NCBI GenBank assembly: GCA_963783055.1
Contig: CAWAMB010000004.1
Coordinates: 40,442 to 104,441, forward strand
Origin: an uncultured Chloroflexia bacterium
GTDB lineage: Bacteria > Chloroflexota > Limnocylindria > Limnocylindrales > CSP1-4
DNA length: 64,000 nt
Reading direction: 5' to 3'
Below are positions 1 through 9,905 of this stretch, in pieces (position 1 is the first letter of the stretch; each line of letters begins with the position of its first letter). The translations under genes and the position numbers were made by a program. Under the pieces are notes generated by a model. That model was not told where the DNA came from and made no database searches. It was given only the letters and a program-made list of their open reading frames with translations.

Positions 1-155
1 CCGATCTGCCGGGCGTGATCCTCGAGACGGTCGCTCGGCCGGGCGGCCAAGCCGACCGCGCCGCCCTCGGCGGCCACGACGGTCGCGATCGCCGCACCGA
101 GGCCGCTCGACCCGCCGCCGACGAGTGCTCGGAGTCCGGTCAGTCCGAGGTCCAT
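1..155 (-). CDS. short-chain dehydrogenase/reductase (SDR), N-terminal fragment running off the window
   Basis: Minus-strand ATG at 155. The translation MDLGLTGLRALVGGGSSGLGAAIATVVAAEGGAVGLAARP... contains the SDR Rossmann glycine motif. Confidence 0.6.
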   Translation of the reverse strand, partial: MDLGLTGLRALVGGGSSGLGAAIATVVAAEGGAVGLAARPSDRLEDHARQI

Positions 156-164
156 GGGGTCATG

Positions 165-1004
165 CTACGGGCTCGCCCGGTCGATGGTCGCCGCGGCCGG
201 CTCCGGATCCGTCGTCGGGGCTGCCGGCGGCGGCTCCGTGAGGAGGTCCCGGTCCGGCCGGGAGACCTGGACGGCCCACCACCGTTCCCAATCCGGCGCG
301 CGGAGCGCGAACACGTAGCGGCCGGCCGGCCAGCCGGTCGGCGCTGGCGACGTGCCGGGTCCCGTGCCCGAGCTCGTCGCAGCAGCGCTCGGGACGGGCC
401 CGACGGTCGAGCCCGGGCCGGCAGCGGCGCCATCCAGTCCGCCGAAGAGGGCTCCGAGGACGGTCGGCTCATCGGGCTCGATCACGCGGAGGCGAACCAT
501 GGTCGGGTCGCTCTCGTCGTCTGCCGCGACCTGCCAGCCGGTGATCCGCGCGTCCGCCGGCGGCCGCTCCGCTCCCCGCCACGGGCTGCAGTACCCGAGC
601 GCGTCGACGAACGGTCCGAGCCGGATGACCGGGATCGCCGGGTCCACGGGTCCCTTCGATCGTGCGACTGGCTCGACGCTGCTCCAGGTCCGGACCGGGC
701 GGCCGATCCAGGTCTCGAGGCTGTAGACGCGCCACCCGAGCGGCTCCTGACAGTGCTCGCGGAGCCCGGCCAGCGGATCGGGCCCGGCCGACACATCCGG
801 CGCGGGCGCGACCGTGGCCGCCTCGTCGAACGCGGACGATCCGGTCGCCGGACCCTGCCACGGCTTGAGGAGGGCGCCGACGAGGAACAGCCCCATCAGG
901 GCGGCCCAGGCGATCGGCCAGCGATCGCGGGCGACGATGCGGACCGTCGGCGTGGAGCGGGCGAGGTGGTCTTGGACGGCGGGGTGCTCGCGGTCGGGAC
1001 CCAT
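165..1004 (-). CDS. hypothetical membrane-anchored protein
   Basis: ORF 165-1043 minus, with an internal ATG at 1004. It has one N-terminal hydrophobic helix (WPIAWAALMGLFLVGALL) followed by a Pro/Ala-rich extracytoplasmic part. I recognise no family. Confidence 0.45.
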   Translation of the reverse strand: MGPDREHPAVQDHLARSTPTVRIVARDRWPIAWAALMGLFLVGALLKPWQGPATGSSAFDEAATVAPAPDVSAGPDPLAGLREHCQEPLGWRVYSLETWIGRPVRTWSSVEPVARSKGPVDPAIPVIRLGPFVDALGYCSPWRGAERPPADARITGWQVAADDESDPTMVRLRVIEPDEPTVLGALFGGLDGAAAGPGSTVGPVPSAAATSSGTGPGTSPAPTGWPAGRYVFALRAPDWERWWAVQVSRPDRDLLTEPPPAAPTTDPEPAAATIDRASP

Positions 1005-1379
1005 CGTTCGCTTGCAACCCCTATGGCGCGGCCCGCTGATCATGGGTTTTCCGGCAGCTGACGTCTAGCCACGGGCTCTTGTTAGCGGCAGCGACAGACG
1101 AAAGTCGGATGGCCGAGCGCGGGGCGACCCGCCCACGGCAGCGGTTGCCACCGCTGTAATCGCTCAGCTTCGAGCCATCGATACAGAGCGCACCGGCGTG
1201 TATTCTGAGCAAGTCATGGATGCACGCGAGAAGATGAACGTGGCCCTCGGGCACACGTCGCTGGTGGTGGCGGCCAGCGACGGCCCTGGTGGATAGGCAC
1301 GACCAAACCTCGTACCACCACACATTTGATCGTCCAGCCGGCCTGATCGAGCGTCCGCGCGCGCCCGAGGCGCGCTGAC

Positions 1380-2646
1380 GTGGACGTCTTCCTCGCCGGT
1401 GCCATCTTCCTCGTCGCCTACGCACTGATCGCGTCTGAGCGGCTTGACCGCACCCTGATCGCGCTCCTCGGCGGCCTGCTCGTCGTGGTGCTCGGCATCA
1501 TCGATCAGGAAGAGGCCTTCGCGGCCATCGACTTCAATGTCATCTTCCTGCTGGCCGGGATGATGGTGCTGGCGGGCGGCCTGAGCAGGACCGGCTTCTT
1601 CGAGTAGGTCGCCGGCTACGCCATCCACTTCTCGCGCGGGCAACCCTTCCGGCTGCTGATCATCCTGTCGATCCTCACCGCGCTCCTGGCCGCCGTCCTC
1701 GACAACGTGACGACGGTGGTCCTGCTCACGCCCGTGACGCTGTCGATCGCGCGGACCCTGAAGGTCAACCCCTTCCCGTACCTGATCAGCCAGATCTTCG
1801 CCTCGAACATCGGCGGCACCGCGACCCTCATCGGCGACCCGCCCAACATCCTGATCGGCTCCGCTGCGGGGCTCGACTTCGGCGCCTTCCTGGTCAACCT
1901 GGCGCCAGTCGTCGTCATCATCATGTTCGCCTTCGTCGGGATCATGTGGCTGACCTTTGGCCGGAACATGGAAGACGACGCCGACCGCCTCGACATCCTG
2001 GCGACCGTGGATCCCGGAGCGGCCATCACGGACCGTCCGCTGATGATCCGGGCGCTGGTCGTCCTCGTCCTGACCCTCGTCGGCTTCCTGTTCCACTCGG
2101 TGCTGGGCCTCGAGGCGGCGACCATCGCGTTGCTCGGTGCGACGGTCCTGATGCTCGTCGGCCCGCTCGACCCACACGAAGCCCTGCGCGACATCGAGTG
2201 GAACACCCTGTTCTTCTTCGTCGGGCTGTTCATGCTCATCGAGGCCGTCGTCCATGTCGGCATCGTGGGGGGAGTCGCCGACGCCCTGGCCGAGGCCGCC
2301 GGTGGGAATCTGACGTTTGCGACGATGGGGATCTTGTGGTTCTCCGCCCTCGCCTCGGCGGTCGTCGACAACATCCCCTACACCGCGACGGCGATCCCGA
2401 TCGTCCAGCAGCTGGCCGCAACCGGGCTCGATGCGGAGCCGATGTGGTGGGCCCTCGCCCTCGGCGCCTGCCTCGGCGGCAACCTGACCATCGTCGGGGC
2501 ATCGGCCAACATCGTGGTCGCCAACCTGGCCGCCCGCGACGGCCACCCGATCACCTTCATGCAGTTCTTCCGCTACGGCCTCGGAGTCGTCGCGGCATCG
2601 CTGGCGATCTCGACCGGTGTACCTCTGGATCCGCTATCTGGGGTGA
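1380..2646 (+). pseudogene. ArsB/NhaD-family anion permease, interrupted by an in-frame TAG and a 3' frameshift
   Basis: ORFs 1380-1607 and 1707-2792 share a frame and read through as one permease (..TGFFE*VAGYAIHFSRGQPFRLL..LDNVTTVVLLTPVT..DNIPYTA..GGNLTIVGASANIV). The TAG is at 1605-1607. Removing one G at 2616/2617 gives ..ISTVYLWIRYLG-stop at 2644-2646. Confidence 0.8.
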
Positions 2647-3006
2647 TGGACGTACGTGACAAAGGTGAACCAATGAGCCGGGACAGCTCGATCGGCGTAC
2701 GGCGGAGGCGCGGGCGCTCCGGAATCACTCGATGGTTCGGCCGGGAGCGAGGATTGAGTTCCTCCGCGCAACAATCGGCGCGGCGCAGCTAATGGCTTGC
2801 CCTCGTCGTCTACGCGACCATCACGGTCCTGGGCAGCACCTTGACACGGTCGGCGCTGGCGGCTGCCGCCACGAGCGATGAGACTGCGTAACGCTCGGCG
2901 TTCGCCAGGTCGAAATGGACGGCCACCCACCCGGCGAGACCGCTCTCGCTCGACGACGTGCGCTCGAGTTGGCAGGCCGTGATGCATCCGCCCTCGGGCA
3001 CCAAGC

Positions 3007-4323
3007 TTGACGGCTGACCTCCCGCCGCAGCCGGTCGACCGCCTGCTGGCTCCGTTTCGCGAGTTCAGCGCCCGAGAGGCCTCGGGCGGGCTCCTGCTGA
3101 TCGCCGCTGCGCTGATCGCGCTGGTCTGGGCCAACTCGCCCTTCGCGGACTCCTACGCCGCGTTGTGGCGGACGCCGCTGGCCATCGGGCTCGGCGACCT
3201 GGCCATCTCCAAGTCGCTTCATCTCTGGATCAACGATGGCCTGATGGCCATCTTCTTCCTGGTCGTCGGGCTGGAGATCAAGCGCGAGGTCCTCGTCGGA
3301 GAGTTGGCGTCGCCCCGGCGGGCCATCCTCCCGATCGCCGCCGCCATCGGCGGCGCCGTGCTCCCGGCGATCCTCTTCCTGGTCATCGCAGGGACCGACC
3401 CGGAAGCGGCGCGAGGGTGGGGGGTTCCGATGGCGACCGACATCGCCTTCGCGCTCGGCATCCTGGCGTTGCTCGGGTCACGGGTCCCGGTCGGCCTGAA
3501 GATCTTCCTGACCGCGCTTGCCATCGTTGATGACCTGCTGGCGGTCATGGTCATCGCCCTCTTCTATTCATCCGACACCTCGCTGCCGGCCTTGGCGGCG
3601 ACCGGGGTGATCCTCGTGGTCCTGGTCGCGGTCAACCGTCTCGGCGTGCGTCGGCCGCTGGTCTATGCGCTGCTGGGCATCGCCCTGTGGGTCGCGATCC
3701 TGCAGTCCGGCATCCACGCCACCATCGCCGGGGTCCTGTTGGCGATGACCATCCCGGCTCGCACTCGAATTGATCCTACCGACTTCCTCGACCGCGCCCG
3801 CGGCTTCATCGCCGACTTCGGCAGCGACATCGGATGCGATCCCGACGCGGCGCACCACGCCGCGCTCTGGGAACTCGAGGACCTGACCGAGAGCGCGCAG
3901 GCCCCGATGCTCCGGATGGAACACGCCCTGCATCCTTGGGTGGCGTTCCTGATCGTCCCACTATTCGCGCTCTCGAACGCCGGCGTACCGGTTGCGGGTG
4001 ACCCGCTGGCGATCTTGACGGAACCGCTGGTCCTCGGCGTCATCGTCGCGTTGATCGTCGGCAAACAGGTCGGCATCACCCTGGCCGCTTGGCTTGTCGT
4101 CCGGTCGGGCCTGGCGACGCTGCCCCACGGCGTCTCGTGGTGGCACGTCTACGGCGCGGCCTGGCTTGGGGGAATCGGCTTCACGATGTCCCTCTTCGTG
4201 GGCGACCTGGCCTACGGCGAGTCGCCAGCCCTGGGTCTTGCCAAGATCGGCATCCTGGCGGCGTCGGTGATCGCCGGCGCCGTCGGCTACCTGATCCTGA
4301 GAAGGACCCGCCCCGTTCGGTGA
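3007..4323 (+). CDS. nhaA: Na+/H+ antiporter NhaA
   Basis: 438-aa ORF with a TTG start and NhaA hallmarks (..LHLWINDGLMAIFFLVVGLEIKRE.., WGVPMATDIAFALG, multiple TM helices). Confidence 0.95.
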   Translation: MTADLPPQPVDRLLAPFREFSAREASGGLLLIAAALIALVWANSPFADSYAALWRTPLAIGLGDLAISKSLHLWINDGLMAIFFLVVGLEIKREVLVGELASPRRAILPIAAAIGGAVLPAILFLVIAGTDPEAARGWGVPMATDIAFALGILALLGSRVPVGLKIFLTALAIVDDLLAVMVIALFYSSDTSLPALAATGVILVVLVAVNRLGVRRPLVYALLGIALWVAILQSGIHATIAGVLLAMTIPARTRIDPTDFLDRARGFIADFGSDIGCDPDAAHHAALWELEDLTESAQAPMLRMEHALHPWVAFLIVPLFALSNAGVPVAGDPLAILTEPLVLGVIVALIVGKQVGITLAAWLVVRSGLATLPHGVSWWHVYGAAWLGGIGFTMSLFVGDLAYGESPALGLAKIGILAASVIAGAVGYLILRRTRPVR

Positions 4324-4359
4324 AGGAAGACGCGTCCTGCTGGTCACAGCGCGCCAGGA

Positions 4360-5110
4360 TCACTCCTCTCCGAGATACGCCTTGCGGACCATCTCGTTCG
4401 TGATCAGCTCGCTGGCCGGCCCGGTCAGGACGACGTCGCCGGTCTGGAGGACGTAGCCGCGGTGGGCGATCGACAGCGCCTGGAGCGCGTTCTGCTCGAC
4501 GAGGAGGATCGTCGTGCCCTGCTCGTTGATCTCCCGGATCGTCTGGAAGACCTGCTGGACGAGGATCGGGGCGAGGCCCAGCGACGGCTCGTCGAGGAGC
4601 AGCAGGCGCGGCCGCGACATCATCGCCCGGCCGATCGCGAGCATCTGCTGCTCGCCGCCGGACAGCGTCCCGCCGAGCTGGTCGATCCGCTCGCGAAGCC
4701 GCGGGAACAGCGTGAAGACGCGCTCGATGTCCGGGCCGGTCTCGGCCAGGTTGCGGGTGAACGCGCCCATCAGGAGGTTCTCGTTGACGGTCATCCGCGA
4801 GAAGATCCGGCGGCCTTCGGGCGACTGCCCGATCCCGGCCCGGACCAGGGCATGGGCCGCCGTCCGCGAGATGTCCTGGCCCTCGAACAGGACGCGGCCG
4901 GTCCGGGGATGGAGGAGGCCGCTGATCGTCTTGAGGGTCGTCGTCTTGCCGGCCCCGTTGGCCCCGATCAGGGTCACGATCTCGCCCTGCTCGACGGTCA
5001 TGCGAGATCCCGCGCAGGGCGTGGATGTTGCCGTAGTAGGTGTTGACGTCCTCGAGCTCGAGCATCGTGGTCGAGGTCGGGGCGGGCGTGATGGCGGGCT
5101 GGGCGGTCAT
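4360..5110 (-). CDS. livF: branched-chain amino-acid ABC transporter ATP-binding protein LivF, apparent +1 frameshift near 5002
   Basis: The frame from ATG 5110 (ATGA overlap with the livG stop) reads MTAQ..MLELEDVNTYYGNIHALRGIS. The rest (MTVEQGEIVTLIGANGAGKTT..LSGGEQQML..LLLLDEPS) lies in the next frame from 5001. One extra base separates ..ATC TCG and ATG ACC. Confidence 0.85.
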
Positions 5111-6090
5111 ACCGGCGGTGCCCCCAGGTAGGCCTCGATGACCTTGGGATCGCGGCGCACCTCGTCCGGCGTCCCTTCGGCGATCTTCTCGCCGTGGTCG
5201 AGGACCGTGACCCGGTCGCTGATCCCCATCACGACCCGCATGTCGTGCTCGATCAGGAGGATCGTCAGCCCGAGCTCGGCGCGGAGCTTGCTGATCAGGC
5301 TCGTGAGCTGGATCGTCTCGCGCGGGTTCATCCCGGCGGTCGGCTCGTCGAGCAGGAGCAGGGTCGGGTTCGAGCCGAGGGCGCGGGCGATCTCCAGGCG
5401 GCGCTGGTCGCCGTACGGCAGGTTCTTCGCCACCAGCTCATCGCGGCCCTTCAGACCGACGAGCGCCAGCAGCTCCTGGGCCCGGACGCGCGACGACTGC
5501 TCCTCACGCCGATCGCGCGGCGTCGACAACAGGGCGTCGACCCACGACGTCTGCAGGCGGCAGTGCATCCCGACGAGGACGTTCTCGAGGGCGGTCATGT
5601 TCGCGAACAGGCGGATGTTCTGGAACGTCCGCCCGAGGCCGGCCACGACCATGTCGTTGGGTCTGGCGCTCTTGAAGATCCCGAGGTTGACGAGGAGCCG
5701 GTTGTAGGCCGGTGGCCGCGACACGCCGACGAGCAGGACGAGGACGAGGGTCGCGACCATGGCCGCGACGCCGAGGACGTTGACGACCGTGTTGTTCGAC
5801 CCGATCAGGGTCAGCACCACGGCGAGCAGGATCGGCGGCAGGACCCACAGCACCGGCTCGAGCCAGGCCCGGCGCGGCCGGGCGATCATCGGCGTGCCGT
5901 GGAACTCGATCCGGCCGGCGGTCGGGTCGTAGATGCCGGCGATGATGTTGAAGAACGTCGTCTTGCCCGCGCCGTTCGGCCCGATCAGGCTGACGATCGA
6001 GCGCTCCGGGATCGTGAACTCGACGTTGTTGACCGCGATCAGGCCACCGAAGCGCTTGGTGACCTTGGCCGCGTGGAGGACGTCGCTCAT
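5107..6090 (-). CDS. livG: branched-chain amino-acid ABC transporter ATP-binding protein LivG with a ~65-aa hydrophobic insertion
   Basis: Start ATG at 6090 (MSDVLHAAKVTKRFGGLIAVNNV..GPNGAGKTT..YGDQRRLEIARAL..LLLLDEPTAGMNP). The longer ORF upstream of this start has noncoding-like composition. Confidence 0.9.
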   Translation of the reverse strand: MSDVLHAAKVTKRFGGLIAVNNVEFTIPERSIVSLIGPNGAGKTTFFNIIAGIYDPTAGRIEFHGTPMIARPRRAWLEPVLWVLPPILLAVVLTLIGSNNTVVNVLGVAAMVATLVLVLLVGVSRPPAYNRLLVNLGIFKSARPNDMVVAGLGRTFQNIRLFANMTALENVLVGMHCRLQTSWVDALLSTPRDRREEQSSRVRAQELLALVGLKGRDELVAKNLPYGDQRRLEIARALGSNPTLLLLDEPTAGMNPRETIQLTSLISKLRAELGLTILLIEHDMRVVMGISDRVTVLDHGEKIAEGTPDEVRRDPKVIEAYLGAPPV

Positions 6091-7355
6091 GGCCGGTCTC
6101 CGGACTGCTCGGACGAGCTCGGGTCCGGCGCGGCCGCGGGCGCTGCCGCCTGCGCCGCGTCGGGTGGGACGACCGGCACGTCGGTGGTCTCGTCGAAGCC
6201 CTCGTCGAGCTCCTCGGCGATGTGGAGCTCCTGGGCCCGGCGTTTGCTCGGGAACAGGCCCTCGGGCCGCAACAGCATCATCAGGACCAGGGCGATGCCG
6301 TAGAGCAGGAACTGGTACTCGACGAACTTCACGTTGACGAGATCGATGCGGCCGATGAGCGGCAGGTCGAACGCCGGGATGCCCAGCGTCTCGATGACCG
6401 TGTTGATGTTCTTCAGCACGACGACCTGGATCATGTAGACGACGAACGCGCCGATGGCGACGCCCCAGATGTTGCCCATCCCGCCGAGGATGACCATCGC
6501 GAGGACCGTGAACGAGACCGTGAACGAGAACTGGTCGGGCGACACGATCGTCAGCTTCGAGGCGTTGAACGCCCCGGCCAGGCCGGCGGTCGTCGCGCCG
6601 AGGGCGAACGCCAGGAGCTTCGTCGTGACGGTATTGATCCCGTTCGCGGCCGCGGCCAGCTCGTCCTCGCGAATCGCGTTCCACGCCCGGCCCACGCGCG
6701 AATCCTGGAGCCGGTACAGGAGAATCATCGCGATCGTGACGATTCCGATCATGACCACGAAGTAGTTGAACGGCGTGATCGCCCCGAACGGCCCCAGGAC
6801 CGGCAGGGGCTCGGGCCGGTAGATCGCGCCGATCCCGTTCGTGCCGAGGGTGTAGGGCTCGAGGTTCAGGAACACGATCGGGACGATCTCGCCGAAGCCG
6901 AGGGTCATGATCGCCAGGTAGTCGCCCCGAAGCCGGAGGGTCGGAGCACCGAGCAGGATGCCGAACACGGCCGCGATGAACGCGCCGACGACGAGCATCG
7001 GGAAGAACGGCAGGTCGAGCTGGGTGAACGGCGAGTTGCTGTAGGCGTAGGTGTACGCGCCGATCGCGAAGAACGCGGCGTAGCCCAGGTCGAGCAGGCC
7101 GGCCATCCCGATGACGACATTGAGGCCCATCGCCAGGAGGACGAACACCCCGGCATTCGCGAAGGAGTCGTACCAGGTGCCCGGCTGCTGGATGAGGTTG
7201 AAGGGCGGGAACTGGGGCAGGATGTACATCAGGACCGTGAGCACGGCCATCGCGACCATGATCGTGATCGAGCGGTGGGCGTCGGTCCAGTCGCGCAGCT
7301 GGGCCCGGCTGGACCGCTGCGGGGGCGGGGCGGCGGGTCGAGCGACGGCGGTCAT
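6087..7355 (-). CDS. livM: branched-chain amino-acid ABC transporter permease LivM
   Basis: ATG at 7355. A polytopic permease (..LDLGYAAFFAIGAYT..RVGRAWNAIREDE..) with a 4-nt overlap with livG. Confidence 0.9.
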   Translation of the reverse strand: MTAVARPAAPPPQRSSRAQLRDWTDAHRSITIMVAMAVLTVLMYILPQFPPFNLIQQPGTWYDSFANAGVFVLLAMGLNVVIGMAGLLDLGYAAFFAIGAYTYAYSNSPFTQLDLPFFPMLVVGAFIAAVFGILLGAPTLRLRGDYLAIMTLGFGEIVPIVFLNLEPYTLGTNGIGAIYRPEPLPVLGPFGAITPFNYFVVMIGIVTIAMILLYRLQDSRVGRAWNAIREDELAAAANGINTVTTKLLAFALGATTAGLAGAFNASKLTIVSPDQFSFTVSFTVLAMVILGGMGNIWGVAIGAFVVYMIQVVVLKNINTVIETLGIPAFDLPLIGRIDLVNVKFVEYQFLLYGIALVLMMLLRPEGLFPSKRRAQELHIAEELDEGFDETTDVPVVPPDAAQAAAPAAAPDPSSSEQSGDRP

Positions 7356-8494
7356 GCGCGGTCTCCGGTCGCCTGGCCGAACAGGCCCGACGGCTTGAAG
7401 ATCAGAACCAGGGTCAGGACCATGAAGACGAGGAACTGCGACCAGCGCGACTGGCCCACCGACGAGGCGAAGTTCTCGACGAACCCGATGAAGAACCCGC
7501 CGAGGACGGCGCCCGTGATGTTGCCGATCCCGCCGAGGACGGCCGACGTGAACGCCTTCAGGCCGGCATTGAGTCCGAGGTCCTGGCGGACGTAGCCGAA
7601 CCGCAGACCCCACACGACCCCGGCCGCGGCGGCGAGGATGCCGCCCAGCAGGAACGTCAGCGCGATCGTCTGGTTCATGTCGACGCCCATGAGGGCCGCC
7701 GCCTCGCGATCCTGGGCCGTGGCGCGCATGGCGCGTCCGAGCCGGGTCCGGGTCACGAACGCCTGGAGCGCGAGCATCAGGCTCAGCGACAACGTGAAGA
7801 TGAAGATCGAGAGGACCGAGATCGACGCGCCCGCGATGTTCAGCTGCCAGCTGAGCGGGAAGACCTGGGGCGACGCACGGTCGCCGCTGCCGGCGACGAC
7901 CAGGGCCAGGTTCTGGAGGATGAATGACACGCCGATCGCCGTGATCAGGGGGGCGAGGCGCGGAGCGTTCCGGAGTGGCCGGTAGACGAGCCGCTCGATG
8001 CCGACGTTGAGCAGGCCGACGATGGGCATCGTGAATGCCAGGGCGCCGATCAGGAGGAGCGCCAGGAACAGGACGTTCTCGACCTGTCCGCTCTGACCCA
8101 TGATCCCGCCGAGGAAGACGATGGACGCAAACGCGCCGATCATGAAGATGTCGCCGTGGGCGAAGTTGATCAGCTCGATGATCCCGTAGACCATCGTGTA
8201 GCCGAGGGCGATCAGGGCGTAGATCGCGCCGATCGAGAGCGCGTTGACGGTTTGCTGGATCGCCTGCTGCAGGAAGCGGTTGGTGACGTCGTCGAAGCGG
8301 GTCAGCGCCTGGACGATGGCATCGCCGAGGCTGACGGCCGCCGTCCCCTCGGGCGGGCTCAGCGCCGCGCCGAGGACGAGGACCCGCCACAGGACGATCG
8401 CGTAGAGCGCGATGGCGACCGCGGCGAAGAACGTATAGCGGGTGGCTCGCCCGAAGCGGCGAGGCTGATGAGCCGGACTGCCGTGCGCGGTCAC
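7352..8494 (-). CDS. livH: branched-chain amino-acid ABC transporter permease LivH
   Basis: 380-aa ORF (..GYTMVYGIIELINFAHGD..RLGRAMRATAQDREAA..) with a 4-nt overlap with livM. Confidence 0.9.
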   Translation of the reverse strand: MTAHGSPAHQPRRFGRATRYTFFAAVAIALYAIVLWRVLVLGAALSPPEGTAAVSLGDAIVQALTRFDDVTNRFLQQAIQQTVNALSIGAIYALIALGYTMVYGIIELINFAHGDIFMIGAFASIVFLGGIMGQSGQVENVLFLALLLIGALAFTMPIVGLLNVGIERLVYRPLRNAPRLAPLITAIGVSFILQNLALVVAGSGDRASPQVFPLSWQLNIAGASISVLSIFIFTLSLSLMLALQAFVTRTRLGRAMRATAQDREAAALMGVDMNQTIALTFLLGGILAAAAGVVWGLRFGYVRQDLGLNAGLKAFTSAVLGGIGNITGAVLGGFFIGFVENFASSVGQSRWSQFLVFMVLTLVLIFKPSGLFGQATGDRA

Positions 8495-8549
8495 GCGGTG
8501 GTCCCTCGAGTCAACGAGTCAGGCGGATCAATGGGAGGCTGGTGAAGGA

Positions 8550-8578
8550 AGGCCGGGGATCACGGTGATCCCCGGCCT
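8550..8578 (-). terminator. intercistronic GC-rich hairpin between livJ and livH (attenuator or partial terminator)
   Basis: A 10-11 bp stem, GGCCGGGGAT/ATCCCCGGCC, with a 7-nt loop. It lies 17 nt after the livJ stop and is followed on the minus strand by UCCUUCACC. Confidence 0.45.
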
Positions 8579-8594
8579 CCCCTCAGCTGCTTGA

Positions 8595-9905
8595 CTACTT
8601 GTAGTCGACCTGGGTCTGGAACTTCCAGTCGCCCTTGCCGTTGCCGGCAGCGCCGTCGTACGAGTAGATCGAGACGATGCGCTGGCTGGTGTCGCCTTCA
8701 GCGGTGAAGGTGATGTCGCCGATGATCGTCTTGTACGTCACGTCGGTGGCCGTTCCGGCAACCCGGACCGACTCGCGAAGGGCCGTCATGTCGGCATTGG
8801 TGCCGGCGCCGGCGCGGGTCAGGGCGTCGATGACGACCTGGGCGCAGGCGAAGCCGGTCCCGGCGTAGCCGGTCGGGCTGGCCTTGTACTCGGCCTTGTA
8901 GTCGACTTCGAACTGGGCGCGGCCCGGGAAGTCGCCGATGCCGGCAAGGGTCGAGTACGAGTTCTTGGCGCCGGTCGAAGCGAGGTTCAGGAACGAGTCC
9001 TTGGTCTCACCGGAGCCGTCGTTGATGCCGTCCGGGCCGACGTACGGGATGTCGCCGAGGCCGGCCTGGGCAGCGGCGAGGAGGATCCGGGCGCCGCCGG
9101 TGGCGGTCACGCCGCCGAAGTAGATCGACTCGGGGTTGAGCGCCTTGGCGGCGGTCATGATCGAGACGTAGTCGGTGGTCGTCTTGGGGGCCGCGTCGTG
9201 CTTGACGACGGTGCCACCGCGCTTCTTGAACTCGGCCTCGAACGCGTCAGCGACGCCCTTCCCGAAGGTCTCGGTGTCGTCGATGATGTAGACCGACTTC
9301 TTCTTCAGGACGTCGATGATGTACTGCGCAGCGGCCGGACCCTGGACGTCATCGGTCGTGACGACGCGGATGTAGTTGTTCGGCTTCTTGCGGAGCTGCT
9401 TGGCCGGATCGCCCTTGGTCAGATCCGGGTTCGTGTTGGCCGGCGAGCACTGCAGCACGCCGCCCTCGTTCGAAATCGGGATCTGGGCCTTGGCGACGCT
9501 CGAGTTGAGCGGGCCGATGACCGCGATCACGTTCTTGTCGGCCGCGATCTTGCCCATGTTGTTGGCGCCGGTCTGCGGATCATGCGCGCCGTTGAGCGCG
9601 TCGTCGTAGATCGCCGACTGGGGGATCTCGATGGCGTAGCCGCCGGCCGTCCCGCCGGCCAGCTTCACGGCGAGCTTGATGCCGTTGATGATCGGGTCGG
9701 ACGCGGCCTTCTCACTGCCCTGCTGGGGAAGCTCGATGGCGATCGTGACCTTGCCCTTGGACGAGTCGCCGGCCGGCTTCGGCACGGTTGGCGTCAGGCC
9801 GGTCCCACCGCTCGCGGCGGGGGTCGACGCGGCCGGTGTCGACGTGCAGGCCGTGATGACCAGCAGCGATGCGCCGACGAGCGCGCCAAGTTTTCCGAAT
9901 CTCAT
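8595..9905 (-). CDS. livJ: branched-chain amino-acid ABC transporter substrate-binding lipoprotein
   Basis: 436-aa ORF with a lipobox (LLVITAC) and type-I periplasmic binding fold sequence. An AGGAGGAAAG RBS sits upstream. Confidence 0.9.
   Translation of the reverse strand: MRFGKLGALVGASLLVITACTSTPAASTPAASGGTGLTPTVPKPAGDSSKGKVTIAIELPQQGSEKAASDPIINGIKLAVKLAGGTAGGYAIEIPQSAIYDDALNGAHDPQTGANNMGKIAADKNVIAVIGPLNSSVAKAQIPISNEGGVLQCSPANTNPDLTKGDPAKQLRKKPNNYIRVVTTDDVQGPAAAQYIIDVLKKKSVYIIDDTETFGKGVADAFEAEFKKRGGTVVKHDAAPKTTTDYVSIMTAAKALNPESIYFGGVTATGGARILLAAAQAGLGDIPYVGPDGINDGSGETKDSFLNLASTGAKNSYSTLAGIGDFPGRAQFEVDYKAEYKASPTGYAGTGFACAQVVIDALTRAGAGTNADMTALRESVRVAGTATDVTYKTIIGDITFTAEGDTSQRIVSIYSYDGAAGNGKGDWKFQTQVDYK

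Noticed and set aside
1216-1296. 26-aa ORF (MDARENMNVALGHTSLVVAASDGPGG-type) and a CAGCGGT-TGCC-ACCGCTG hairpin in the 330-bp lower-GC region upstream of the permease; considered as a leader peptide or riboswitch.
   Set aside because: There is no RBS and no recognisable riboswitch core by eye. The evidence is insufficient.
2793-3004. High-GC3 stretch between the permease and nhaA. It could encode a 64-aa minus-strand protein (2810-3004) or a plus-strand TM fragment (WLALVVYATITVLGSTL..).
   Set aside because: The two candidate frames share third-codon positions, so GC3 cannot tell the strands apart. The plus frame has no start codon. The minus ORF would start 3 nt from the nhaA start, leaving no promoter space, and I recognise no family. 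I left it uncalled.
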